The position numbers were made by a program, and so were the translations under genes. The notes below the pieces were generated by a model. That model was not told where the DNA came from. It saw only the letters and a program-made list of their open reading frames with translations, and did no database searches. Shown here one piece after another: positions 27,388 through 35,809 of a stretch of DNA of 64,000 nt (position 1 is the stretch's first letter; each line of letters begins with the position of its first letter). The DNA comes from Gemmatimonadales bacterium (GTDB taxonomy: Bacteria; Gemmatimonadota; Gemmatimonadetes; Gemmatimonadales; GWC2-71-9). The stretch is from positions 20,877-84,876 of the forward strand of contig JBBSCB010000001.1 of NCBI GenBank assembly GCA_038250675.1, written 5' to 3'.

Positions 27388-28491
27388 TCAGAAACCCGAG
27401 AGCTTCGTGATCTGCCCGCGCGGGCCCACGGCCCAGCCCGCGTGCGGCGATGCGAACGCCACCGCCCAGTATGCCACCTGATCGATCGGCGTCCACGTCG
27501 CCCCGTCGTCGCCGGACCACGCCGATCCCCTGGGGCCCACCGCGACGAGCGTCGAGGGGCGCACACCGGGAACGTAGCTCCCGCCAAAGATCGCGCCGCT
27601 GAACGGCGGCCGGCCACCCAGGGTCCATGTGGCGCCGCCGTCATGCGTCGCTGCCACCACGTCGGCGACCGCGTTGTTGTCGCCCACGTTGCCGCCCATC
27701 GCCACACCGTTGCGATCGTCGCGGAAGCTCACCGATGTGATGCCGATGGCATTGCCGGCGGGGAGCGGCGTGACCGACTCGCTCCAGGTGGCTCCGTAGT
27801 CGGCGGTGCGGAGCACGCGTGCCACCGGCGCGTTGCCCAGCCCGATCCAGGCCCGGCCCCCCGCCCGCACCACGAGACAGGTGCCGCTCGCCGCAAAGCC
27901 GCCTTCACCGGGCCGCGCCTCCGGTGCCGATGGCGGCTGGCTCCAGTGCCCGCCGCCGTCGGTCGTCGCCAGCAGCCGTACATGTCCGCCCACGGCATCG
28001 CTCACCGCGAGGCCGCGCCGCGCGTCCCAGAAATCCATGCAGTCGTAGAACGCCTCCGCCTCGCCGTTGGTGAACTGAAGCGTCCAGTTTTGGCCGCCAT
28101 CGGTGGTCTTGTAGATGCGTGACTGCGCGCCGTTGCCGGCGCTCATCAGGTACGCGGTGTTGGCGTCCACGCCGTACACGTCACGAAACTGGAGGGTCGT
28201 GTCCACGCCGGGCACCCGCGCCGTTTGCCATGTTGCCCCGCCGTCGAGCGTCCGGCCCCATGTCGCGGAGTGCCCGCTGACCCATACGACCTGCTCGTTG
28301 ACCGGGCTCACCGCCTGCAGCAGCGCGTGGGTGCCGCTGATCTGCTCGATCCGTGACACCTGCGTGCGCGGGAGCGGCGCCGGCGCGCCGTAGCCGCGCG
28401 TGCATCCGCTGATGCACACGGCGGCGAGCAGGGCGGCGGCGAGCAGTGTTGCCGGGTGGGGAGACCGGGTCGGACGGGAGGCGTTCGGCAC
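27388..28491 (-). CDS. BNR/Asp-box repeat beta-propeller lipoprotein (Ycf48/HCF136-like)
   Basis: GTG 28491 is preceded by GAGGA. Lipobox is AAVCISGC|T. Six Asp-boxes are present: TLDGGATW, TTDGGQNW, TTDGGGHW, TADYGATW, THDGGATW, SGDDGATW. Confidence 0.8.
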   Translation of the reverse strand: MPNASRPTRSPHPATLLAAALLAAVCISGCTRGYGAPAPLPRTQVSRIEQISGTHALLQAVSPVNEQVVWVSGHSATWGRTLDGGATWQTARVPGVDTTLQFRDVYGVDANTAYLMSAGNGAQSRIYKTTDGGQNWTLQFTNGEAEAFYDCMDFWDARRGLAVSDAVGGHVRLLATTDGGGHWSQPPSAPEARPGEGGFAASGTCLVVRAGGRAWIGLGNAPVARVLRTADYGATWSESVTPLPAGNAIGITSVSFRDDRNGVAMGGNVGDNNAVADVVAATHDGGATWTLGGRPPFSGAIFGGSYVPGVRPSTLVAVGPRGSAWSGDDGATWTPIDQVAYWAVAFASPHAGWAVGPRGQITKLSGF

Positions 28492-28511
28492 GGGATCCTC
28501 GCTTGAGGTGA

Positions 28512-29150
28512 TCAGGCGCCGGCGTACCACAGCACGGCGACGACGTGGCAGAGACTTCCGCCCAGTACGAAGAGGTGCCACACGAAGTGGCCGTACCGCA
28601 GCCGCTCCCAGGCGTAGAAGATGACACCGACGGTGTACAGCATCCCGCCGGCCACCACCCACGCAACGCCGGCCGGGCCCGCGTGCGCCAGGAGCGGCCG
28701 GATGGCAAACACCGCCAGCCAGCCCATGACGAGATACATGGCGGTGGAAAGGTATGGATAGCGAAAGCCGACGATCGCCTTGAGCGCGATGCCGGTGGCG
28801 GCGAGCCCCCACGAAATTGCGAGCAGCAGCCACCCCAGCGGCCCGCGCAGCACGCCGAGGGCAAACGGGGTGTAAGTGCCGGCGATCAGGAGATAGATCG
28901 CGGCGTGATCCGCGATGCGCCAGAATTGCTTATGGGGTCCGGCGGGGAGTGCGTGATACACGGTGGACGCGGCGTAGAGGAGCACCAGCATGGCGCCGAA
29001 GATGGCACCACCCACCACCTGCCACGGATCGTGCCGCAGCACGGCGACCACCACGAGCACCGGCAGGGCGGCGAGACTCGCGAGCAGTCCAACGCCGTGA
29101 CTGATGCTGCAGGCCAGTTCCTCGCGAAAGCTCAGCACCCTGGCATCCAT
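28512..29150 (-). CDS. hemolysin III / PAQR-family membrane protein
   Basis: A 7-TM protein with family motifs EELACSISHG, ASTVYHA, DHAAIYLLIAGTYTPF and HFVWHLFVLGGSLCH. Confidence 0.88.
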   Translation of the reverse strand: MDARVLSFREELACSISHGVGLLASLAALPVLVVVAVLRHDPWQVVGGAIFGAMLVLLYAASTVYHALPAGPHKQFWRIADHAAIYLLIAGTYTPFALGVLRGPLGWLLLAISWGLAATGIALKAIVGFRYPYLSTAMYLVMGWLAVFAIRPLLAHAGPAGVAWVVAGGMLYTVGVIFYAWERLRYGHFVWHLFVLGGSLCHVVAVLWYAGA

Positions 29151-29170
29151 GCCGGCTCGCAAATCGTCGG

Positions 29171-29890
29171 TCAGGAGTCGAGCGTCGGCTCGAGCTCCGG
29201 AGCGGGATAGTAGGCAAACAGTACCGTGCCGCCGCCAATGAGCCTGATGATGCGCGGCGCCACCGCGGGATTGAGCGCGGGGCATCCCTCGCTCCGCCCC
29301 AGGCGGCCGAGCTGCGCCACGATCGCATCGTTGACGTAGTCGGCGCCGTGGACCACGATCGCGCGCTCAGCCGCATGGCTGTTCAGCTCGGGATCAAGGC
29401 CGTTGAGCCGGAGCGAGAGGCCGTGCTTGCCCTGATAGGTCTCCCCGGTGACGAAGGTGCCGAGACTCGACTGATAGCTGCCGACGTCATTGGAGAAACT
29501 GCGGGCCACGTCGCCGCCGGTATTGCGGCCATGGGCCACCAGCTCGTGCGCCAGCACGGTGCCGCGATCCACGTCCAGAACCCAGAGCCGGCGCTCCCGT
29601 GACGGCCGGCTGAAATCGATCACCGTGAGAATCGGACTGCTGCTGCGGCCCTCGGCGAGAACCCGCGCCCGGGCTCGCAACGCGAGCTCCAGTACCTCGT
29701 CACGGAGCCCCGCATCCTCGGCGGCTGCGAGGAGGACCGGCCCCGCGGCGGACGACGTAGGTCTCACCGCGGCGGCGGTGTCCGCCCGCATCGCAGCGGG
29801 ACGCACTGTCGCGGCCGCGCGCGGCGAGGATGTGACGCAGAGAAGGGCGGCCAGCACCATGACGGTGCGGGTGGAGAAACGCTGGGGCAT
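29171..29890 (-). CDS. L,D-transpeptidase catalytic-domain family protein (YkuD_2-like), secreted
   Basis: Signal peptide is MPQRFSTRTVMVLAALLCVTS. The motif RRLWVLDV...LVAHGRNTG...IVVHGADYV...GRLGRSEGCPAL carries the His...Cys catalytic motif. Confidence 0.8.
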   Translation of the reverse strand: MPQRFSTRTVMVLAALLCVTSSPRAAATVRPAAMRADTAAAVRPTSSAAGPVLLAAAEDAGLRDEVLELALRARARVLAEGRSSSPILTVIDFSRPSRERRLWVLDVDRGTVLAHELVAHGRNTGGDVARSFSNDVGSYQSSLGTFVTGETYQGKHGLSLRLNGLDPELNSHAAERAIVVHGADYVNDAIVAQLGRLGRSEGCPALNPAVAPRIIRLIGGGTVLFAYYPAPELEPTLDS

Positions 29891-29929
29891 CAATGCTCTC
29901 AGGTGCGGCGGTGAATGGGCGACCGGTCC

Positions 29930-29959
29930 AGGATAGCTCGGGATCCGCCTAGGTGTCAA
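29930..29959 (-). promoter_or_regulatory. candidate sigma70 promoter for the YkuD_2-like gene (TTGACA-N18-TATCCT)
   Basis: On the minus strand, TTGACA lies at 29959-29954 and TATCCT at 29935-29930, about 35 nt upstream of ATG 29890. TTGACA is rare in this GC-rich DNA. Confidence 0.3.
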
Positions 29960-30217
29960 TCTATCTCATTGGTCGACAAATAGTTGCAACGGCACGAACC
30001 GGGCCGCTCTCTATGAACACTGCCCCGGAGCCGATCGTTCCCACCATCTGGGCGCCCGATCGCTTCCTCAGCCGGCCGCGGGATCCGCCTGCATGGGGCC
30101 ATGAGCGCCTGGGAGGAGCCAACCAGGCCGTCGGGATCGCCGGCGCGTACCTCGCGAAATGCGTGACCGGGCCCATGACGCCGCCGCCTGCCATCCGGCG
30201 GTCTCGGCAACCCGTGG

Positions 30218-30541
30218 TCAGTACCCCTTGGAATGAAACGCGCGCAGCAGGTCCGGCAGGTTGGCCGGGTCGGTCCGCACAATGTGCCCCATCGGATCGA
30301 CGTAGATGCGCACGTTGGGCGCGCCGGGAATCGCGGTCGGCCCGTAGCTGAACTTCCAGACCCGCTTGTGACCCTTCACCGCGGACGATCCCTTCCATTC
30401 GAAGGCGGTGTGCGAGGTGCCCATCCGCGGTGGTGGCGCGCCCAGCAGGTCGCCGACGCCCGCGCTCGCCAGCCCCCAGGAGGCCCCGATCAGCAGCACG
30501 CTGCCGACGATGAGAATCAACAGCAGCGTCGTGAAACGCAT
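30218..30541 (-). CDS. hypothetical membrane-anchored protein
   Basis: ATG 30541 with N-terminal anchor MRFTTLLLILIVGSVLLIGASWGLA. 107 aa with high GC3. Confidence 0.5.
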   Translation of the reverse strand: MRFTTLLLILIVGSVLLIGASWGLASAGVGDLLGAPPPRMGTSHTAFEWKGSSAVKGHKRVWKFSYGPTAIPGAPNVRIYVDPMGHIVRTDPANLPDLLRAFHSKGY

Positions 30542-30599
30542 GATGCCGCTCCAGTCGTGAAAGGCCGCGATCGACAAGACGTCGCCGCGGTGACCCGCG

Positions 30600-30809
30600 C
30601 TACTGAACGATCGAGTCCTGGCGGGCCTGGCGCGCCGCCGCGGAGTCGGAGACGCGCAGCGCCGCACCGACTCCGCCCGCGCCCGGCACCTTTGACGCAC
30701 CCAGCACACTGTCGCGCTGGCGCTCGGTCTGCGCGGGGCGCGGCTGCTCCTTGCGGGCGCACGCGGCCAGCCCCATCAGCACGATACACGCGACGGCCAC
30801 GCGGCGCAT
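30600..30809 (-). CDS. small lipoprotein
   Basis: ATG 30809 is preceded by GGGAGA. Signal plus lipobox is MRRVAVACIVLMGLAAC|A. 69 aa. Confidence 0.5.
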   Translation of the reverse strand: MRRVAVACIVLMGLAACARKEQPRPAQTERQRDSVLGASKVPGAGGVGAALRVSDSAAARQARQDSIVQ

Positions 30810-30896
30810 GCGGGATCTCCCGGTTGCGGAATCGGCGAGGTGGACAGAGACTGTAATGGGCAATCTTCCCAATCCATCAGATCGATCGGAGCTCGC

Positions 30897-32231
30897 ATGC
30901 GCCCTGTGCCAGCCCTGGTGACGCTCGCTCTCCTCGCGGCCGTCCCCCTCCGCGCGCAACACCTGCGGGACAAGCTCGGCGACCTGTTCATCTTCGGCCA
31001 AGGCGATGCCCCGCTCCATCTCGGCGGCAGCGCCGACCCCAACAACCCCGAGACGATCCGCGAGCACGGCGATCACTTCATTCCCGCGGCGGTCGGCGGC
31101 AACGCGACGATCATCTCATTCCTGACCAACTCGATCGGCAGCAACGTCGCCAACCTGCCGGTGAGCGCCACCAGCGGCGGGTCCACCTTCCGCTTCGAAG
31201 GCGGCATGCCGGTGCGGACCTCGACCTCCGCCGGGCCGATCTTCGGTGAACGCGCGCAAACGCTGGGCCGCGGCCGGGTGCTGGCCGGCCTGACCCGCAC
31301 CGGCGTCACATTCGCCACCCTGCGCGGCGTGGACCTGCAGAACCTCCAGTTCACCTTCACCCATCAGAACGTGAACTACGCCGGGTGCGACTCGGTGGCG
31401 GGCGGCGACTGCTCTCTCCTAGGCGTCCCGACGCTGGAGAACGAAACGATCAGTCTCAACCTCGCGCTGAACGTTCACCTCACCGTCACGTCGTTCCTCT
31501 TTACCTACGGCCTCAACGATCGGGTCGATCTTGGCGTGGTCCTGCCCGTGGTGTCCACCTCGCTCTTTGGCGAGAGCATGGCGCAGATCAACCCGTTCGG
31601 GCCGCCGCCTGCCGTCCATTTCTTCGGCGGCACGCCCACCAGTCCCATCCTCACCGCCAGCCGCTTCGTACAGGGCTCCGCGACCGGGCTCGGCGACGTG
31701 GCCGCCCGGGCCAAAATCAACCTGCGCTCCGGCGAGCCATTGTCCGTCGCGGTCCTGGCCGATGTGCGCTTTCCCACCGGCAGCGCCGACGACCTCCTCG
31801 GCTCGGGCTCGTTCGCGGCGCGCGGGCTGGCGATCTTCTCGGCCCGCTACGGCGCCTTCTCGCCCCACGCCAACTTCGGATATGCATACCGCGGGGGGCA
31901 ATACCAGGCCGATGCCGTCTTGGCCACCGCGGGCTTCGATCAGCTGCTCGCGCCGTGGGCCACGCTCGCCGCGGACGTCGTGTCCGAGCTGCAGGTCGGC
32001 ACCAGCCCGCTCCAGGTGCCCGCGCCGGTCGTGATCCAGGCGCCCTACGAGCGCACCGTGATCCCGACCACGATTCCCGATCGCCGCGACGACATGGTCA
32101 ACGCGTCGCTGGGCATCAAGCTGACCACCGCGACCGGAATCACGGTGGTCGGCAACGGCGCCTGGCCCCTCAACCGCGGCGGGCTCCGCGCCAACGTCAT
32201 CTGGACGCTCGGCGCGGAATACAACTTCTAG
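30897..32231 (+). CDS. outer-membrane beta-barrel (MetA-pathway/transporter-like) protein
   Basis: Signal peptide is MRPVPALVTLALLAAVPLRAQ. The sequence is strand-rich and its C-terminus ...WTLGAEYNF ends in Phe. Confidence 0.7.
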   Translation: MRPVPALVTLALLAAVPLRAQHLRDKLGDLFIFGQGDAPLHLGGSADPNNPETIREHGDHFIPAAVGGNATIISFLTNSIGSNVANLPVSATSGGSTFRFEGGMPVRTSTSAGPIFGERAQTLGRGRVLAGLTRTGVTFATLRGVDLQNLQFTFTHQNVNYAGCDSVAGGDCSLLGVPTLENETISLNLALNVHLTVTSFLFTYGLNDRVDLGVVLPVVSTSLFGESMAQINPFGPPPAVHFFGGTPTSPILTASRFVQGSATGLGDVAARAKINLRSGEPLSVAVLADVRFPTGSADDLLGSGSFAARGLAIFSARYGAFSPHANFGYAYRGGQYQADAVLATAGFDQLLAPWATLAADVVSELQVGTSPLQVPAPVVIQAPYERTVIPTTIPDRRDDMVNASLGIKLTTATGITVVGNGAWPLNRGGLRANVIWTLGAEYNF

Positions 32232-32734
32232 GTGTAATTAGTGAAGCCGTTGTCCACCGTTTTTCAGCCAAGCGTTGCGCTGGGGTCCGGAAGCCAAGTG
32301 CCGTATGCGGGCGCTCTCGATTGTAATACCGCAGCCACTCCGGCAGTAGGAGGGCGCGCTGGCGTGAGGACTGATAGGCCGCGACGTAGGCCCACTTCGC
32401 CAGACCGGTGCGGATGAAGCGCTCCGCCTTGCCGTTGGTCTGCGGGGGGAGTGCCGCGGCCGGCTCGACCGATTCTCCAAGCCCGCGACGCCCTCGGCCT
32501 GGTACCGCCGCCACCACCGGCGCACGGTCGTCGTGCTGAGCTCCAACTCCCGGGCGACCCGGGTCACAGACTGCCCCCGGGCCAGGCGCTGCACCATGCC
32601 TGCTCGCCCCCGCGGGGTCAACCGCGCTAGCTTGTGTGCGTTCACTGAGTCCTCTGGCGTTTGCCGGTGAAGGTCTTCGACAAACCCAGCTTGCAACGCT
32701 ATGGCTCAGTGAACAACCTCTTCATCAATTACAG
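32232..32734 (-). mobile_element. IS481-family insertion sequence relic (internally deleted, about 0.5 kb) with terminal inverted repeats and flanking CTAG
   Basis: IRs are TGTAATTAGTGAAGCCGTTGTCCAC (32233-32257) and the reverse complement of 32709-32733, TGTAATTGATGAAGAGGTTGTTCAC, matching at 20 of 25 positions. CTAG lies at 32228-32231 and at 32735-32738. Transposase N- and C-terminal fragments lie inside. Confidence 0.8.
32238..32645 (-). pseudogene. IS481-family transposase, catalytic core deleted and frameshifted
   Basis: The N-terminal HTH VNAHKLARLTPRGRAGMVQRLARGQSVTRVARELELSTTTVRRWWRRYQAEGVAGLENRSSRPRHSP is joined out of frame to the C-terminal PQTNGKAERFIRTGLAKWAYVAAYQSSRQRALLLPEWLRYYNRERPHTALG. 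The DDE core of about 200 aa is missing. Confidence 0.8.
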
Positions 32735-34465
32735 CTAGCGCACCTCCGCCATCCGCCACGTGCCGCCGTCCCGGCGGAACATCACGTGGAACGAGACCGG
32801 CTGCTGCTGCATCCGACGGGTGCTGGTGTTGACGTAGGTATACATTCCCGAGACCTGCCCCTCGGCGTCACCCCCGGTGACGCTCACCTGCGACAACGAC
32901 AGCGTCACCTTGACGTCCCGGACCGTGCCGAGGAACTGCGCCCATCCGTCCTCCTGGGCCCTGCTCATCTCCGGATAGACCCGGCGCACGCCGGCCACGT
33001 TCTGCGCCTCAATCGCGGCCGCGTAGTCCGCCACGAGCGCGCGGAGCGCAGGACGCGGGTCCGGCGGCGGTGCCGGGGCCACCGGCACCGCCGCAGGCAC
33101 CGATTCCGGAAAGATTTCGCCGGTGCGACCGCCGCCGGTGGAGCCGGTCGCCGAGACGCTCGCCGCGGTCTCCGCCCGCGGATGCACCGCCGCGTGGGCC
33201 GGCTCCGACACGGAATCCGGCCGGTCGGCGGCGGCCGGCAAGTGCCTGGCCGGGGTCGGCGCGGGGGCCGGGGCCGGGGCCGGCGGGGTGACGGTCGGCG
33301 ACGCGCTCGTCGCGACGCGGCTGTGCCCAGCCGAAGAGTCGGTGCGCGGCGGCGTCACACCCGGCGCGGCGGCGGAATCGACCGCAGCGGGCGGCGCGGT
33401 AGCGCTCGGAGCGGCCGGGTTGGGCCGCCGGCTGCGAACGACGAGCGTGGCCGCCACCGCGAGCACCGCGATGCCGGCCGCGGCCAGGAACGGAACTATC
33501 GCGCGGCGGCGGGGCGCCGGCGTCGCCGGGACCGCCCGGGTCGGCGTGGTGCCACCGCTCGGCGTACCCAGACTGTCGAGCACGAACAGGATCTGCTCGG
33601 CGGCCTGTGGCCGGTCGGCCGCGCGCTTGGCCAGGCAGTGCATGATGAGCGCGGCCAGGGCGGGCGGCAGCGACGGTCGCCGCCGCTCGATCGCCTCGGG
33701 ATCCTCGATCACGTGCGCCGCGAGCACCGCCTGCGCCGAGCGCCCGGCAAACGGCGGCTGGCCTGTGAGCATCTCGTAGGCCATGACGCCCAGCGCGTAG
33801 ATATCGGCCCGGTGATCCACCTGCGGGTCGGCGGTGGCCTGTTCCGGCGCCATGTACGCGGGCGTCCCGAGTGCGACACCCATGGACGTGAGGTTGCTGT
33901 GGGTGTCGCCACCGGAGGCCGAGACCGCCTTGGCGACGCCAAAGTCGGTGACGACTGCCACGCCGCCGGACAGCAGCACGTTGTCCGGCTTGATGTCGCG
34001 GTGCACCACGCCGTGGGTGTGGGCGTATGCCAGCGCCGAGACGACGTCGCGCAGGATGTGCACCGCCTCGTTTAATGGCAGCTCGCCACGGGCGACCCGG
34101 GTGCGCAGCGACTCGCCCACCACGAACGGCATCGTGAAGTAGGGCAGGCCGTCCGATTCGCCCGCGGCGAGCAGCGGCACGATGTGCGGGTGCTGGAGCT
34201 GCGCCGCGAGCTGGATCTCGCGCCGGAACCGCTCGACGCTGACGCCGGCGGCGAGCTCGGGCAGCAGCACCTTGATGACCACCTTGCGGCCCAGCGAGGT
34301 CTCGTGCGCGACGAAGACTCGCGACATGCCGCCGCCGCCGAGCTCACGCTCGAGGCGATAGGCGTCGCCAACGGTGTGCTGGAGCTTTTCGCGCAGATCG
34401 TGACTCACGGGACCGGGCGGTTGGGGAAGATTTCCAATGTACGGCCCGTACGGCCCCGGGGCCAT
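32735..34465 (-). CDS. Ser/Thr protein kinase with TM segment, Pro/Ala-rich linker and C-terminal NTF2-like domain
   Basis: Hanks motifs are present: GGGGMSRVF, VVIKVL, HRDIKPDNVLL, DFGVA, APEQ. A TM helix (FLAAAGIAVLAVAATLVV) is present. The C-terminal ~110 aa resembles SnoaL/DUF4440. The start is ATG 34465 or GTG 34408. Confidence 0.88.
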   Translation of the reverse strand: MAPGPYGPYIGNLPQPPGPVSHDLREKLQHTVGDAYRLERELGGGGMSRVFVAHETSLGRKVVIKVLLPELAAGVSVERFRREIQLAAQLQHPHIVPLLAAGESDGLPYFTMPFVVGESLRTRVARGELPLNEAVHILRDVVSALAYAHTHGVVHRDIKPDNVLLSGGVAVVTDFGVAKAVSASGGDTHSNLTSMGVALGTPAYMAPEQATADPQVDHRADIYALGVMAYEMLTGQPPFAGRSAQAVLAAHVIEDPEAIERRRPSLPPALAALIMHCLAKRAADRPQAAEQILFVLDSLGTPSGGTTPTRAVPATPAPRRRAIVPFLAAAGIAVLAVAATLVVRSRRPNPAAPSATAPPAAVDSAAAPGVTPPRTDSSAGHSRVATSASPTVTPPAPAPAPAPTPARHLPAAADRPDSVSEPAHAAVHPRAETAASVSATGSTGGGRTGEIFPESVPAAVPVAPAPPPDPRPALRALVADYAAAIEAQNVAGVRRVYPEMSRAQEDGWAQFLGTVRDVKVTLSLSQVSVTGGDAEGQVSGMYTYVNTSTRRMQQQPVSFHVMFRRDGGTWRMAEVR

Positions 34466-34487
34466 GGCGGTCGCGGCGGCGCCGCGA

Positions 34488-35294
34488 TCATTGTCGCGCG
34501 CGGCGGCGTTCGTGCGCCAGCAGCCACTGCCAGAGCGCGGGGTCGGCGTAGGTGCGATCCCACGCGTTGTGACCGACCCCGGGGTATTCGGTATATCGCA
34601 CGTCGCTGCCCGCACGGGTGAGCGCATCCACCATCCGGCGGGACTCGGTCACCGGCACCGTCCTGTCGGCATCGCCGTGAAAAACCCAGACCGGCAGCCC
34701 GCCGAGCCGGCCGGCGACCCAGGCATAGGGATCGGTCGTCCCCGACGGCACAGTATGCACGCGAAGGTGCGCATCCCACGCGGGCGCCAGCACCCCGCCA
34801 CAGATGATCGCCGCGGCGGCAAAGAGCTCCGGCTGTGCCACCGCCAGCTCCCAGGAGCCGTATCCGCCCATCGAGAGCCCGGTGAGGTAGACGCGCCGGG
34901 GATTGCCGTGCACCTCGCGCATCGTCGCGGCCAGCGCCCGCAGCGCGACGCGCGCCGGCTGGCCAGTCCAGTAGCTGTCCGCCGGCACCTGCGTTATCAC
35001 CACTGCCGCGGGAAAGCTGTCACTGTGCAGCCGGAGGTAGGCGCCCAGGGAATAGTGTGCCGGCCGCTCGTTGTCGCTGCCGCGCTCGCCCATTCCATGG
35101 AGGAACAGCACCACCGGCAGGCCCGCCGGCGGCGCGGCCACGCGCGGTATGAACAGCATGTAGCGATACGTCATGCCGTCGACCACGATGGCGCGATCCA
35201 CCATCCCCGCAGGCGACGGCACCGGCATCGGGACGGCCACGCGGCACCCGGGCGCCATCAGCGCGAGCGGGGCGGCGCGGAAGAGCGCGTGCAT
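34488..35294 (-). CDS. alpha/beta-hydrolase (carboxylesterase / PHB-depolymerase-like), secreted
   Basis: ATG 35294 is preceded by GAGGAGGGG. Nucleophile elbow GLSMGG, plus HGDAD and GVGHN, supply the triad candidates. The upstream part of the 442-aa ORF is non-coding-like. Confidence 0.8.
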   Translation of the reverse strand: MHALFRAAPLALMAPGCRVAVPMPVPSPAGMVDRAIVVDGMTYRYMLFIPRVAAPPAGLPVVLFLHGMGERGSDNERPAHYSLGAYLRLHSDSFPAAVVITQVPADSYWTGQPARVALRALAATMREVHGNPRRVYLTGLSMGGYGSWELAVAQPELFAAAAIICGGVLAPAWDAHLRVHTVPSGTTDPYAWVAGRLGGLPVWVFHGDADRTVPVTESRRMVDALTRAGSDVRYTEYPGVGHNAWDRTYADPALWQWLLAHERRRARQ

Positions 35295-35326
35295 CAGCCG
35301 GCCCCTCCTCGCTCGACGGGGGCGCC

Positions 35327-35809
35327 TCACAGCCACCGGCGGACCCGGCGGCAGTATTCCGTATACTCCGCGCCGAACGCGCCCTGCAGATAGCGTTCCT
35401 CGCGGTTGATCACTGCGCGGCGGAGCACGAGCAGCACCACGGGCAGCAGCACCAGCGGCCAGACGCTGTTGACCAGGGCGGTCGCCCCCAGGTACATCAG
35501 CGTCAGGCCGAGGTACATCGGATTCCGGGTCCGGGCAAAGGGGCCGGTGCGCACGAGCACCGTGGCCGGCCGCATGGGCACGATCGCGGTGCGCGCACGG
35601 AGAAAGGTCAGCGCCGCCCACACCATGAACGTCGCCGACCCCGCAATCACCATCCAGCCAAAACCCACGGCGAGTCCACGGAGCGGCGCCGTGAGCAGCG
35701 CGGCCGGCCGCGCGCGCTGGACCGCCCAGGCGAGCAGAAACCCAGCCACGAAAATGAGGGGCGGCGGCACCCGTACGCCCGGATGCGGCGGCACCGGTGC
35801 CGACGTCAC
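35327..35809 (-). CDS. isoprenylcysteine carboxyl methyltransferase (ICMT)/phospholipid methyltransferase-family membrane protein
   Basis: Family block GPFARTRNPMYLGLTLMYLG...INREERYLQGAFGAEYTEYCRRVRRWL. GTGA overlap with the upstream gene. Confidence 0.85.
   Translation of the reverse strand: MTSAPVPPHPGVRVPPPLIFVAGFLLAWAVQRARPAALLTAPLRGLAVGFGWMVIAGSATFMVWAALTFLRARTAIVPMRPATVLVRTGPFARTRNPMYLGLTLMYLGATALVNSVWPLVLLPVVLLVLRRAVINREERYLQGAFGAEYTEYCRRVRRWL

Noticed and set aside
29939-30090. 12-nt direct repeat CGGGATCCGCCT (29939-29950 and 30079-30090) as possible target-site duplication of a small insert
   Set aside because: The intervening 128 bp has no terminal inverted repeats. A single 12-mer recurrence at this distance in GC-biased DNA is not clearly beyond chance.
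29961-30176. 71-aa minus-strand ORF (MGPVTHFARYAPAIPTAWLAPPRR...) in the 327-nt gap between two genes
   Set aside because: GC3 is fairly high in its first half. However, there is no SD, no recognisable motif, a very basic low-complexity composition and a decaying codon bias toward the 3' end. That is insufficient to call it a gene.
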